Shown: positions 1 through 11,133 of the stretch, piece by piece
Layout of the letters: every line of letters starts with the position of its first letter
Numbering within the stretch: position 1 is the first letter of the stretch
DNA from: an uncultured Collinsella sp.
GTDB taxonomy: Bacteria; Actinomycetota; Coriobacteriia; Coriobacteriales; Coriobacteriaceae
Assembly (NCBI GenBank): GCA_958448275.1
Contig: CAUDDF010000003.1
Span: 13,051 to 77,050, forward strand
Direction: 5' to 3'
DNA length: 64,000 bases
The notes under the pieces: model-generated
Database searches by the model: none
The model's input: the letters and a program-made list of their open reading frames with translations, nothing else
What the model was told of the DNA's origin: nothing
Program-made: the position numbers and the translations under genes

Positions 1-2
1 AC

Positions 3-1052
3 CTGGGCCGCACCGAGTGCCAGGAAGTCGGCGCCGGCGACATCGCCGCCGTCGTGGGCATCGACCGCACCGATATCGGCGATGTCTACACCGATCCCGA
101 GAACCCCGTCGAGCTCGAGCCCATCGAGATCGACCCGCCGACCCTGTCCATCGTCTTCGAGGCTTCGACCTCCCCGCTCGTCGGTCGCGACGGAGACATC
201 GTGGGCGCCCGTCAGCTCAAGGAGCGCCTGTTCAACGAGGCCGAGAACAACGTGACCATGAAGATCGAGGAGCTCGAGGACAAGAGCGGCGTCGAGGTCT
301 CGGGCCGCGGCATTCTGCACCTGTCCGTTCTGATGGAGTCCATGCGCCGCGAGGGCTTTGAGTTCCAGGTCGGCCGTCCCCGCGTTCTGTTTAAGAAGGA
401 CGAGAACGGCAACAAGATGGAGCCTGTCGAGCAGGCCGTCGTTGAGTGCCCGGACGAGTACTCGGGCAAGGTCGTTGAGGTCTTCGGTACCTCCGGTGGC
501 ATCATGACGAGCATGGATACCTCGGGTATCGTGACGCACCTCGAGTTTAAGATCCCGACCCGCGGCATCATGGGCCTTAAGAACCGCATCATGAACGTCA
601 CCCACGGCGAGGGCGTGTTCTACCACACCTTCCTGGAGTACGGTCCCTACGCCGGCGAGATCGGCAACCGTCAGAACGGCGCAATGATCTCCATGACCAC
701 CGAGAAGGCCGTTGCCTATGCTCTGGGTACGCTGCAGGAGCGCGGCCAGCTTTTTGTTGAGCCGGGCACCGAGTGCTACGAGGGCATGATCGTGGGCGAG
801 CGCAGCAAGGCTGGCGACATGGTCGTCAACATCGCCCGTACCAAGAACCTGGGCAACCAGCGTTCCTCGACCTCCGATATCTCCGTTCAGCTGGTGCCGC
901 CCCGCACCTTCTCGCTGGAGGAGGCGCTGGAGTACATCGCCGACGACGAGCTGGTTGAGATTACCCCCAAGAACATCCGCCTGCGCAAGCGCCTGCTCAA
1001 CGCCACCGACCGCAAGAAGGCCGCCGTCCGCGCCGGCCAGGTCAACAAATAA
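3..1052 (+). CDS. typA: Translational GTPase TypA/BipA, C-terminal part (5' end lies before the window)
   Basis: Frame open from the window start; motifs VSGRGILHL, MRREGFE, PTRGIMG, YEGMIVGE, LEEALEYIADDELVEITPKNIRLRK. Confidence 0.95.
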   Translation: MGRTECQEVGAGDIAAVVGIDRTDIGDVYTDPENPVELEPIEIDPPTLSIVFEASTSPLVGRDGDIVGARQLKERLFNEAENNVTMKIEELEDKSGVEVSGRGILHLSVLMESMRREGFEFQVGRPRVLFKKDENGNKMEPVEQAVVECPDEYSGKVVEVFGTSGGIMTSMDTSGIVTHLEFKIPTRGIMGLKNRIMNVTHGEGVFYHTFLEYGPYAGEIGNRQNGAMISMTTEKAVAYALGTLQERGQLFVEPGTECYEGMIVGERSKAGDMVVNIARTKNLGNQRSSTSDISVQLVPPRTFSLEEALEYIADDELVEITPKNIRLRKRLLNATDRKKAAVRAGQVNK

Positions 1053-1078
1053 GCGCTGGACTTTATAGCGTCTAACAA

Positions 1079-1114
1079 GAAAGGGCGTCGACCGTAATGG
1101 TCGGCGCCCTTTTT
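1079..1114 (+). terminator. Rho-independent terminator after typA
   Basis: aaagggcgtcgacc-gtaat-ggtcggcgcccttttt hairpin with T run. Confidence 0.8.
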
Positions 1115-1139
1115 GTGCATAGGGACTGAGCTGGTCTGC

Positions 1140-1174
1140 ACCACCACAAAGGCGCCTGGTCCCTTTGTGGTGGT
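1140..1174. repeat. GGGAC/GTCCC-core REP-like hairpin
   Basis: accaccacaaagg-cgcctggtc-cctttgtggtggt; closely related copy at 32981-33015. Confidence 0.65.
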
Positions 1175-1180
1175 TGGCGG

Positions 1181-2326
1181 CTAAGCGGTGGGGAGTCCTG
1201 GCGTGTTAGCCGGCTGCTGCGGCTTGACGCGGGCGTTGCGCCAGATGATTTGGATGATGTAACCGAGCATAAAGACAAAGGCCACGCCGCTGATGAAGTC
1301 ACCTACGAGGGGAAGCCCCGTGAGGGCGCCTGCGATTACGCCGCCCACGGCTGCCATGGCGTAGCGGTTTTGGTTGTGTCCAACCATGCGGGCGATCGCG
1401 CACCCAGCAAAGGCACTCGACATCAACGCGATGCCGATAACGCCGCACAAGAGGGTTCCGGCAAGCGACAGACCAGCGATAGAGATAATCAGCAGTAGGA
1501 CGGCGGGGACGATAGCAATCGTGCCCAGAAGACCGCTCACCCACAGGGGCATGGAGCGCTGGTGGAGCATGCCGGCGGCGCTGGCGGTCGCGCGCGGAAA
1601 GATGAGCTCGAGCAGCAGAGCGACAAAGCAGGTCGAGAGTGCCGCGGCGACGATACCGCCGATGACATCGTTAACGGTGGAAGTATCCTCGTTCTCGGTG
1701 CGGTCGATCTTGAGCGCACCGACCTCGGCTCCCGCGGCGCGCTCGGGGTCCTCGGAGACGTGCGCGTTCACGGTGCCGGTGATGTGGGCGTTCTTGCCCA
1801 GGATGAGCTTGTCGGCCCAAACCTCGACATCGCCCTTGACGGTGCCATCGATGGTCACCGTGTCGCCCGCAAGCGCTGCCGACTTGGTGGAGCCTCGCAG
1901 GGCAACCGTCTCGCCTATCGCGTAGAAACAGTTGGCGGTGCTGTCGGAATTGAGCACGACATGCTGGCCAGCGACGGTCACGCTGCCATCAACCGTGGTC
2001 TTGGCAATGTCGATGGTGCGTGCCGCCAGACGGACGGCGCCGCCCACTGTGCAGTCACGGATCGAGAGGGTATCGCCCGCGGCGATGATATCGCGGCCGA
2101 TGGACACATCATCCAAGTTGAGGGCCTGACCTGCCCAGTACAGGTCACCTTCGACGCCGGACGGATTGGCGTCATTGTCGGTCGCAAGTACGTTTCCTGC
2201 GGTGTCCGTGCCGGCGAACGACGCCGTGGGAAGCACGGTGATCGCCAGCGCGATGAGCGCGAATAGGATGGTGATGCGGCCCCATGCTTTACGGCGCTGG
2301 GTCAACGGGAGTTGATTGCAGGGCAT
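1181..2326 (-). CDS. Membrane protein with signal peptide, bactofilin/polymer-forming beta-helix-like repeats and C-terminal TM helices
   Basis: ATG 2326 after gaagga; repeated IxGxVxGD-like units (TIDGTVKGDV); 4-5 hydrophobic C-terminal segments. Confidence 0.7.
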   Translation of the reverse strand: MPCNQLPLTQRRKAWGRITILFALIALAITVLPTASFAGTDTAGNVLATDNDANPSGVEGDLYWAGQALNLDDVSIGRDIIAAGDTLSIRDCTVGGAVRLAARTIDIAKTTVDGSVTVAGQHVVLNSDSTANCFYAIGETVALRGSTKSAALAGDTVTIDGTVKGDVEVWADKLILGKNAHITGTVNAHVSEDPERAAGAEVGALKIDRTENEDTSTVNDVIGGIVAAALSTCFVALLLELIFPRATASAAGMLHQRSMPLWVSGLLGTIAIVPAVLLLIISIAGLSLAGTLLCGVIGIALMSSAFAGCAIARMVGHNQNRYAMAAVGGVIAGALTGLPLVGDFISGVAFVFMLGYIIQIIWRNARVKPQQPANTPGLPTA

Positions 2327-2432
2327 AGTGAATCCTTCGTTAGATACTCGGCATATACCTAACAGGGTACCCAACGCGTGGGCGCTCTAAAAGAACTTCT
2401 CGGTTGCATTTCGAAGGATGAGCCCGCGCTAC

Positions 2433-3122
2433 CTACTTTTTGCGATGCAAAAAGCGTGCGATGTCATCCTCGGTGGGGCTTTTGATATCAAAGCGCAGCG
2501 ACAGCCAGCGTAGTCCCATGGTCACCACGACGCAAACGACCAGTGCGACGACATTGCTGACCAAGCCGCTCATGACAAGGCAAACATAGCTTGCCGATCC
2601 GGCGATGGCCGCGATGGCATAGAAGTTGGTGCGCTGGAAGATACCCGGCACCACACCCATAAAACCATCTCGCAGCATGCCGCCGCCCACCGCGGTAAAA
2701 AAGCCCATCATGATGCACACCGCCGGCGCAAAGCCGTAGACCAGCGCCTTGTCTGCGCCGGTTGCCGCATAAATACCCACCGAGATGATATCGAGCAGGG
2801 GAATGAGCTTTTCGGGCTTGTCGACGATTGCCGGGAAGATGTAGATGATGGCCGCGGTGGCGATGGAGAGCGGGAGCGCCATCGGTTGGTTGAGGATGTA
2901 GACGTTGCCCACCTGCAGCGTCATATCGCGCAAAAGACCGCCGCCCAGTCCACAGACCACGGCGAGCGCGACGGCGCCCACCAGGTCGAGTTTGTGCTCG
3001 CGTGCGACCAACACGCCCGAGATCGATGCCGCGACGACGGCGAACATCTCGAGCCAAAACGGGATGGCAACCATGGCATCCGAGGCGTGTGCGGTAACGA
3101 TCATAGCGGCGGCAACGGGCAA
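2433..3122 (-). CDS. UPF0126 / trimeric intracellular cation channel (YadS-like) membrane protein
   Basis: Duplicated motifs GLGGGLLRD and TAVGGGMLRD; hydrophobic; TTG start after aagga (start uncertain). Confidence 0.85.
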   Translation of the reverse strand: MPVAAAMIVTAHASDAMVAIPFWLEMFAVVAASISGVLVAREHKLDLVGAVALAVVCGLGGGLLRDMTLQVGNVYILNQPMALPLSIATAAIIYIFPAIVDKPEKLIPLLDIISVGIYAATGADKALVYGFAPAVCIMMGFFTAVGGGMLRDGFMGVVPGIFQRTNFYAIAAIAGSASYVCLVMSGLVSNVVALVVCVVVTMGLRWLSLRFDIKSPTEDDIARFLHRKK

Positions 3123-3402
3123 GATGGGGTCCTTTGAGTTACGGGTTTAGACAATGCCCGTACATAGTACATGTTCGGCGCCGATTGCGACCCTATTGCT
3201 CGGCAAACGGTCGGGACTGGGTACGGTCATAGGTTCCATGTTTGGGGATCCGGGTTGATGCTGAACGCGATGGGGGCGTGGTCGAATAGGAGGGATGTCC
3301 AAATTTTGAGCTTTGCTCAAAATTTATCCGGTCGGCTTACGCCGACCGCGCTGCGCTAAAAACGCGCCACTGGCGCGTTTTCTTTACGCTTTGCGCCATG
3401 GC

Positions 3403-3427
3403 GGGTTCGAATCCCTCCTCCTCCGCC
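3403..3427 (+). repeat. Perfect 25-bp inverted copy of the 3' end of tRNA-Ser(CGA)
   Basis: gggttcgaatccctcctcctccgcc is the exact reverse complement of 3492-3516. Confidence 0.9.
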
Positions 3428-3453
3428 GTATTTGCTTGTAAGGGACTTAAAAG

Positions 3454-3479
3454 AAAAAAGCCCCCGATCTGGGAGCTTT
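3454..3479 (-). terminator. Terminator downstream of tRNA-Ser(CGA)
   Basis: Minus strand aaagctccc-agatc-gggggcttttttc. Confidence 0.7.
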
Positions 3480-3490
3480 CTCAACCAAAA

Positions 3491-3581
3491 TGGCGGAGGA
3501 GGAGGGATTCGAACCCTCGTGACCTTATACAGGCCAAACGGTTTTCGAGACCGCCGCATTCAACCACTCTGCCACCCCTCC
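3491..3581 (-). tRNA. tRNA-Ser (anticodon CGA)
   Basis: GGAGGGGTGGCAGAGTGGTTGAATGCGGCGGTCT-CGA-AAACCG, long variable arm, GGTTCGAATCC, encoded CCA. Confidence 0.97.
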
Positions 3582-3629
3582 GCGTGGGGTAAAAACAAAG
3601 CAGGCTCGAAGGCCTGCTTTGGAATTAAC

Positions 3630-3720
3630 TGGCGGAGAGTCAGGGATTTGAACCCTGGAGACGCTTTTGACGCCTACACGATTTCCAATCGTGCTCCTTC
3701 GGCCACTCGGACAACTCTCC
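3630..3720 (-). tRNA. tRNA-Ser (anticodon GGA)
   Basis: GGAGAGTTGTCCGAGTGGCCGAAGGAGCACGATT-GGA-AATCGTG, long variable arm, GGTTCAAATCC, encoded CCA. Confidence 0.97.
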
Positions 3721-3736
3721 GTTAAATGCGAAAGTC

Positions 3737-3764
3737 AGTATACACGAGGAATCGCAAAGTGCAA
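3737..3764 (-). promoter_or_regulatory. Sigma70-type promoter for the tRNA-Ser pair
   Basis: TTGCAC-16 bp-TATACT on the minus strand just upstream of the tRNA. Confidence 0.6.
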
Positions 3765-4161
3765 ACAGAAAAGTTGGCATTTTTTAAAACGCTCGGCCGC
3801 GCTTGGCGTTGCAGTGGGGTTTGAGGTGCCAAAAAAACGGCTTCCGACCAGCGTGGTTGATCAACTCAATTGTTCAAAAGGGGTATTCATAAGCGACTTG
3901 GCAATGAATTTAAAAATCTTTGGGTGGTGCTGTGGACCGCTGGTATGCATTTTGCGACCACAGCCTTGTGCCCGTTGACCTGCGGCTTGGCTCAGCTCGT
4001 CCCCACGGCACCGTATCGTGTCCACAGATTCGTCAAGCTTTTGGTAAGCATTTGGTTGGAATGCGCATGAAACGTCGTGCGAGTATGGGCATATGTGGAG
4101 GTCATGAGGTTGTAGCTGCAAATTCTTGCAGCCTAGGAGGTTGAAAGATATTATTACCAAG

Positions 4162-4225
4162 TCTTTTCCTGCTTCAGGCGCACCTTCACGACCTGAAGCC
4201 ACATTTGCCCAGAGGAGGTGACAAT
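4162..4225 (+). promoter_or_regulatory. Putative S6:S18 ribosomal protein leader (autoregulatory RNA)
   Basis: Anti-SD tcct, hairpin gcttcagg..cctgaagc, then a CCA/CCC motif before SD ggaggtg of rpsF. Confidence 0.55.
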
Positions 4226-4519
4226 ATGAAGGCTTATGAACTGCTGTTCTTTGTTGACCCGTCGCTCGACCCCGAGACTCGTCTCGCTGTTATGAAGCGT
4301 ATCGATACCACGATCGCTGAGGGCGCTGGCAAGGTCGACTCCGTTGACGAGTGGGGCAAGCGCAAGCTCGCCTACGAGATCAACGACCTCACCGATGGTG
4401 ACTACACCCTCATCAACTTCCACGCAGATCCTACCCAGATCGCCGAGCTTGATCGCGTCCTGCGCATCACCGACGCTGTGGTCCGCCACATGATCGTCCG
4501 TCGCGACGACCAGGAGTAA
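4226..4519 (+). CDS. rpsF: 30S ribosomal protein S6
   Basis: MKAYELLFFVDP...WGKRKLAYEI...VVRHMIVR; strong SD. Confidence 0.97.
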   Translation: MKAYELLFFVDPSLDPETRLAVMKRIDTTIAEGAGKVDSVDEWGKRKLAYEINDLTDGDYTLINFHADPTQIAELDRVLRITDAVVRHMIVRRDDQE

Positions 4520-4567
4520 GACTGTCGTTTTGGACTGGGCTTGTGCCCCAAGAGGAAGTAGTGAGTT

Positions 4568-5020
4568 ATGAGCATCAATCGAGTGAACATCACCGGTAAC
4601 CTCACCCGCGATCCCGAGCTGCGCGCCACCGCCGGCGGAACCCAGGTTCTGTCCTTTGGCGTCGCCGTGAACGATCGTCGCCGCAACGCGCAGACTGGCG
4701 AGTGGGAGGACTATCCCAACTTTGTCGACTGCACCATGTTCGGCACCCGCGCCGAGGCCGTGAGCCGTTTCCTGGCAAAGGGAAACAAGGTCGCGATCGA
4801 GGGCAAGCTGCGCTACAGCTCTTGGGAGCGCGACGGCCAGCGCCGGAGCAAACTTGAGGTCATCGTCGATGAGATCGAGTTTATGAGCTCCCGTGGTGGC
4901 CAGGGTGGCTACGATCAGGGCGGTTACGCCCCCGCAGCTCCCGCGCCCGCAGCACGTCCTGCCGCACCGGTGGCCACGCCGCCCGCGGTCGACGTCTACG
5001 ATGAGGACATCCCGTTCTAA
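4568..5020 (+). CDS. ssb: Single-stranded DNA-binding protein
   Basis: INRVNITGNLTRDPELR; C-terminal DEDIPF. Confidence 0.97.
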   Translation: MSINRVNITGNLTRDPELRATAGGTQVLSFGVAVNDRRRNAQTGEWEDYPNFVDCTMFGTRAEAVSRFLAKGNKVAIEGKLRYSSWERDGQRRSKLEVIVDEIEFMSSRGGQGGYDQGGYAPAAPAPAARPAAPVATPPAVDVYDEDIPF

Positions 5021-5092
5021 GGGTTGTTCACCTATTTTTGAGTGAGAGGCGGCTTCGGTTCGCCGAAGTTGCCAAATGAAAGGTATTTTGAC

Positions 5093-5359
5093 ATGGCTAA
5101 TGATTTTTCTGCACGTCAGCCGCGTCGTAAGTACTGCCAGTTCTGCAAGGAGAACACTGAGTTCATTGACTATAAGGACACTCAGCTTCTCCGTAAGTAC
5201 ATGACCGACCGTGGCAAGATCAAGCCCCGTCGCGTCACTGGCGCTTGCACGCAGCATCAGCATGACATCGCCAACGCCATCAAGCGCGCCCGCGAGATGG
5301 CTCTCCTGCCGTACACCGTCCCCGTGGTTTCCTCTCGTGGCAACCGCGACCGCGGCTAA
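5093..5359 (+). CDS. rpsR: 30S ribosomal protein S18 (Zn-binding C+ type)
   Basis: RRKYCQFC...IDYKD...[14 protein letters not shown]...[12 protein letters not shown]. Confidence 0.97.
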   Translation: MANDFSARQPRRKYCQFCKENTEFIDYKDTQLLRKYMTDRGKIKPRRVTGACTQHQHDIANAIKRAREMALLPYTVPVVSSRGNRDRG

Positions 5360-5374
5360 GAAGGGAGACGCATC

Positions 5375-5914
5375 ATGAAGGTTATTCTTCTCGATGAGAT
5401 CAAGGGCAAGGGCGGTGAGGGTGACGTCGTAGAGGTCGCTCAGGGTTACGCTGAGAACTTCCTGTTCCCCAAGAAGCTCGCTGTTGCCGCCACCAAGGGC
5501 AACCTCAAGCAGCTTGACGAGCGTCGCAACAACATCGCCAAGCGCGAGGCCGTCCGTCTGGCTACCGCCAACGAGACCAAGGCTGCCTTCGAGGGCAAGA
5601 CGGTCACCGTTGACGTCAAGGTCGGCGACGAGGGCATCCTCTTTGGCTCCGTTACCGCCGCTATGATCGCTGATGCCATCAAGGCTCAGCTCGGTATGGA
5701 CATCGACCGCAAGCGCGTCGAGCTCGGTAAGCCCATCAAGGTTGCCGGTGCCCACACCGTTGCCATCTCGCTGTACCGCGAGATCAAGGCCGAGGTTGTC
5801 GTTCTCGTCGGCGTTACCGCCGAGGAGCTCGCTGCCGAGGCTGAGGTCGAGGAGGCCGCTGAGGTCGCCGAGGCCGAGACCGCCGAGGTCGAGACTGAGG
5901 CTGCTGCCGAGTAG
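5375..5914 (+). CDS. rplI: 50S ribosomal protein L9 with acidic C-terminal tail
   Basis: MKVILL...GDVVEVAQGYAENFLFP; LFGSVT. Confidence 0.96.
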   Translation: MKVILLDEIKGKGGEGDVVEVAQGYAENFLFPKKLAVAATKGNLKQLDERRNNIAKREAVRLATANETKAAFEGKTVTVDVKVGDEGILFGSVTAAMIADAIKAQLGMDIDRKRVELGKPIKVAGAHTVAISLYREIKAEVVVLVGVTAEELAAEAEVEEAAEVAEAETAEVETEAAAE

Positions 5915-5945
5915 CATTTGCTGCAACGCAACAATCTTGTTCTAA

Positions 5946-5980
5946 GAAGGGCGCTCTGGGAAACCAGGGCGCCCTTTTTG
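5946..5980 (+). terminator. Terminator after rplI
   Basis: aagggcgctctgg-gaaa-ccagggcgccctttttg. Confidence 0.85.
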
Positions 5981-6139
5981 CTTTTTAGCGCGATGCGAGC
6001 GCCATAGAGGGCGTTGCGGTGAGGTCTATTCGTGGGACCGTTCATCCGTTTGGTTCGGTGATGATTGGCCGCGCGCGGCGCGTTTTGGGACCGTGGCTGA
6101 TACTATGGATGCTCGCAAGCGATATGAATGAGGATGCTC

Positions 6140-7531
6140 ATGGCATATGACGATAGGGAGATCGGGCTGACGGTCGAGGACCGCGGCTCAAAGTTGGGTC
6201 TTCCCCAAAACCAAGATGCAGAGGCCAATGTACTGGCCGCTATGCTGCTATCGCCCGAGGTGGTCGAAGAGGCCCAGGTCGAGCTGCAGCCCGATGACTT
6301 CTACCGGCCCATTCATAAGACCATCTATACTGCGATGGTCGATATGTACAACAGCCGCATTCCCATCGACTCCATCTCGCTGATCGATTACCTGCGCAGC
6401 ATCAACAAGCTCGATGCCGTGGGCGGCGAGGCGTACATTTTGGAGTTGATGGGTCAGACCCTGTCGCTCGTCAACTGGCAGCACCATGCCGCCATCGTTC
6501 GCCGCGACTCGATGCTGCGCGAGCTGATCGGCGCCACTAACGAGATCAACGCGCTGGCATATAACGCCCCCACCGACACCAAAGAGGTTGTCGAGCTGGC
6601 CGAGAGCAAGCTGCTCAAGGTTACGGCGCGCGAGGTCAAGTCGAGCTACAAGACGTTGACCGAGTTTATGGTCGAGGCCTATAACGAGGCCGAGGAAGTG
6701 TGCCAGGCCGGTGGCCAGGCTGCGGGCGTGCCCACGGGCTTTCCGTCACTCGACCGCATGCTCATGGGTTTTCGCGAGGGCCAGCTCATCATCATCGGCG
6801 CCCGTCCTGCTGTAGGTAAGACGTCGTTCGCTCTGAACCTGGCGCTCAACGCTGCCGCTGCTGGTTATACCGTCGGCTTCTTCTCGCTGGAGATGTCGGG
6901 CAAGGAAATTGCCCAGCGTCTGATTTGCGCCTACGCCATGATCTCGATCAGTGACTTCCGCATGGGCCGCATTAGCCCCGAGCAGTGGGCCAATATCAAC
7001 GAGGCCACGCAGACCTTGTCTAAGCTCGATATTCTGATTGACGATACGCCCGGCACCACAGTGACCGAGATTCGCGCCAAGAGCCGCCGTATGCTCCATA
7101 ACAAGGAGAAGGCAATTATCATCCTGGACTACCTGCAGCTGGTGAGTCCTCCGCCGGGCCGTCGTTCCGAGAGCCGTACCGTCGAGGTTTCGGAGATGTC
7201 GCGTGGTCTGAAGATCATGGCCAAGGAGCTCAAGATCCCGCTCATCGCGCTGTCGCAGCTCTCGCGTCAGGTCGAATCCCGTACCGGCAAGCGCCCGCAG
7301 CTTTCCGACCTTCGTGAATCGGGCTCCATCGAGCAGGACGCCGATATCGTTATGTTCTTGGACCGCTCCGCCGACGAGGCCGAAGCCTCGCGTGACGATC
7401 GACCCGACGAGGGCGTTACGCGTATCGTCGTGGCCAAGAACCGTTCGGGCCCGATCGGCGACGTCGACCTGATGTTCCTGCCGGCATCCACCAAGTTCTA
7501 TGAGCTTGATGGGGCACATGCCGAGGAGTAG
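6140..7531 (+). CDS. dnaB: Replicative DNA helicase
   Basis: GARPAVGKT Walker A, FSLEM, IDDTPG, DYLQL, LSQLSR, LSDLRESGSIEQDAD, AKNRSGP. Confidence 0.97.
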   Translation: MAYDDREIGLTVEDRGSKLGLPQNQDAEANVLAAMLLSPEVVEEAQVELQPDDFYRPIHKTIYTAMVDMYNSRIPIDSISLIDYLRSINKLDAVGGEAYILELMGQTLSLVNWQHHAAIVRRDSMLRELIGATNEINALAYNAPTDTKEVVELAESKLLKVTAREVKSSYKTLTEFMVEAYNEAEEVCQAGGQAAGVPTGFPSLDRMLMGFREGQLIIIGARPAVGKTSFALNLALNAAAAGYTVGFFSLEMSGKEIAQRLICAYAMISISDFRMGRISPEQWANINEATQTLSKLDILIDDTPGTTVTEIRAKSRRMLHNKEKAIIILDYLQLVSPPPGRRSESRTVEVSEMSRGLKIMAKELKIPLIALSQLSRQVESRTGKRPQLSDLRESGSIEQDADIVMFLDRSADEAEASRDDRPDEGVTRIVVAKNRSGPIGDVDLMFLPASTKFYELDGAHAEE

Positions 7532-7615
7532 GACAGGCGCCCGTTGCACGGGTATACTGGGAATGTTTTGTGCTTCTGCGTGCCGGCGTGGCGCGTAGAC
7601 AGTCCATGAATGTAA

Positions 7616-8911
<1,296 letters not shown>

Positions 8912-9029
8912 TCGGGACTATTTGGTTATTGCGATATACCCCTTTGCAGCCCGGACGGGCGGCCGAGGGGTATATTTGCTTGCAAAGGGCTCGCGCGGAG
9001 CGGGCCATTCATCCATAGAGGAGGCACCC

Positions 9030-10334
9030 TTGAAGGCGGACACTCAAACCATCGACATCCTGTTGTTGGGCAGCGGCGGCCGTGAGCATGCTTTGGCAGC
9101 TAAGCTCGCAGCATCACCGCGCGCCGGCAAGCTCTACATCGCGCCGGGCAACGGCGGCACCGCGAGCTGCGGCGAGAACGTTGTTCTCGACGACTGCGAT
9201 CCTGCGGCCGTGGCGGCGTTTGCGCAGAGCCACGGATGCGGACTCGTGGTAATTGGCCCCGAGGCTCCGCTTGTGGCGGGCGTGGCCGACGCCGTGCGCG
9301 CGGCGGGTATTCCCTGCTTTGGCCCGGGTGCCGAGGGTGCCCAGATGGAGGGCTCCAAGCTGTTCTCCAAGCAGCTCATGGAGCGCGCCGGTATTCCGAC
9401 GGCAGCCTATGGTTCGTTTACCGACGAGGCTTCGGCTCTCGCCTACGTACGCGAGCAGGGCGCCCCGCTGGTCGTGAAGGCTGACGGCCTTGCCGCCGGC
9501 AAGGGCGTTATCGTGGCGACCGAACTTGAGCAGGCCGAGGAAGCCGTGCGCGAGTGCTTTGGCGGCACCTTTGGCGATGCCGGCAACACCGTGGTCATCG
9601 AGGAGATGCTGACCGGCCCCGAGTGCTCGCTGCTGGCCTTTACCGACGGCAAGACCGTGCGCCCCATGGCTACCTCGCAGGACCACAAGCGCGCGCTTGA
9701 GGGCGACCTTGGTCCCAACACCGGCGGCATGGGCGTCTACAGCCCGGTGCCCATCGTGACTGACGAGGAGCACGCCACCATGGTGGCGGTCATGGAGCAG
9801 ACCGTGGCCGAGCTCGCTGCCGAGGGTATCGACTACCGCGGCTGCCTGTACGGCGGCTTTATGCTCACCCCCGCCGGTCCCAAGGTGCTGGAGTTCAATG
9901 CCCGCTTTGGCGACCCCGAGACGCAGGTCGTGCTGCCGCGCCTTAAGAACGACCTGGTCGAGGTCATGCTGGCTTGTGCCAACTGCGAGCTCGATCAGAT
10001 TGAGCTCGACTGGCGTGACGAGTGGGCCGTGGCCGTTGTCCTGACGAGCGCGGGCTACCCCGGCAGCTACGAGAAAGGAAAGGTCATCACCGGTATTGAG
10101 GATGCCGAGGCCATGGAGAACGTGACCGTGTACCATGCGGGAACTGCCGTGGTGGACGGTCAGCTCGTGACCAATGGCGGCCGCGTGCTTGCCGTGACCG
10201 CTCTGGGCGACACGTTCGAGAACGCTCGCAACCTTGCCTACGAGGCCTGCGAGAAGATTGATTTTGAGGGCAAGACCCTGCGTCACGACATCGGCCTGCG
10301 CGCGCTGCGCGGCCGCGACGCCTGGGATGCCTAA
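9030..10334 (+). CDS. purD: Phosphoribosylamine--glycine ligase
   Basis: TTG start after gaggagg; [44 protein letters not shown]. Confidence 0.96.
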   Translation: MKADTQTIDILLLGSGGREHALAAKLAASPRAGKLYIAPGNGGTASCGENVVLDDCDPAAVAAFAQSHGCGLVVIGPEAPLVAGVADAVRAAGIPCFGPGAEGAQMEGSKLFSKQLMERAGIPTAAYGSFTDEASALAYVREQGAPLVVKADGLAAGKGVIVATELEQAEEAVRECFGGTFGDAGNTVVIEEMLTGPECSLLAFTDGKTVRPMATSQDHKRALEGDLGPNTGGMGVYSPVPIVTDEEHATMVAVMEQTVAELAAEGIDYRGCLYGGFMLTPAGPKVLEFNARFGDPETQVVLPRLKNDLVEVMLACANCELDQIELDWRDEWAVAVVLTSAGYPGSYEKGKVITGIEDAEAMENVTVYHAGTAVVDGQLVTNGGRVLAVTALGDTFENARNLAYEACEKIDFEGKTLRHDIGLRALRGRDAWDA

Positions 10335-10355
10335 AATCCGAGAGGAATGAGACGG

Positions 10356-11051
10356 ATGGACGAGAAGAACGAAGAGCTCGTGGACGCGCAGATCGTCGAA
10401 GAGGACAGCCGCGTGTATGGGCACGCCGAGGGCGAGCCTGGTGGCGAGGTCGCTGACGGGCCGGCGCTGGTGCTGGGCGATGACGACCCGCACGATGCCG
10501 AGCTGCACGAGAAGATTCTTTCGGAGGAGTGCGCCTGGAAGGGCAAGATCCTCGACGTCCACCGTCTTGAGGTTGAGCTGCCCAACGGTCGCCGTAGCGC
10601 CCGCGATATCGTTCGCCATCCGGGTGCGGCGGCTGTTGTGGCACTGACCGAGAGCGGCAAGATCGTACTGGTGCGCCAGTACCGCACCGCCATCGACCGC
10701 GTGACGGTCGAGATTCCCGCCGGCAAGCTCGATCCAGGCGAGGACCCGCTCGATTGCGCCAAGCGCGAGCTGCATGAGGAGACGGGCTTTAGGGCCGGTC
10801 GCATTCGCTTTTTGACGTCGATTGTCACGTCCTGCGGCTTCTGCGACGAGATCATTCACATCTACCTGGCCACCAAGCTCGAGTTCGATGCACCCAACCC
10901 CGATGATGACGAGTTTGTCAACGTGGACCTCGTGCCGCTGCACGAGCTGATCGACGCCGTGCTCGACGGCAAGATCGAAGACGCCAAGACCGTCGTAGGC
11001 GCGCTTGCCTGCGACAGCATCGCGCACCGCCTTGGGGGCACGGAGCTTTAA
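10356..11051 (+). CDS. NUDIX hydrolase, ADP-ribose pyrophosphatase (NudF-like)
   Basis: Nudix box PAGKLDPGEDPLDCAKRELHEETG; HPGA; VRQYR; IEDAKT. Confidence 0.9.
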   Translation: MDEKNEELVDAQIVEEDSRVYGHAEGEPGGEVADGPALVLGDDDPHDAELHEKILSEECAWKGKILDVHRLEVELPNGRRSARDIVRHPGAAAVVALTESGKIVLVRQYRTAIDRVTVEIPAGKLDPGEDPLDCAKRELHEETGFRAGRIRFLTSIVTSCGFCDEIIHIYLATKLEFDAPNPDDDEFVNVDLVPLHELIDAVLDGKIEDAKTVVGALACDSIAHRLGGTEL

Positions 11052-11063
11052 CGAGTGGGGATA

Positions 11064-11102
11064 GCCCTGGGACAAGTACTACTGATTGCTTTGTCCCAGG
11101 GC
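11064..11102. repeat. GGGAC-core hairpin (possible terminator or REP-like unit)
   Basis: gccctgggacaa ... ttgtcccagggc, 12-bp perfect arms. Confidence 0.55.
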
Positions 11103-11133
11103 CTTACGTTGCTGATATTTCTTTGAGGATCAC

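Noticed and set aside
1181..1200. C-terminal LPTA as a sortase sorting signal
   Set aside because: It is at the extreme C-terminus with no following TM helix and basic tail.
3780..4160. Possible oriC in the AT-richer gap before rpsF (TGTCCACA at about 4019)
   Set aside because: Only one or two degenerate DnaA-box-like words, no box cluster or clear unwinding repeats, and no dnaA in the window.
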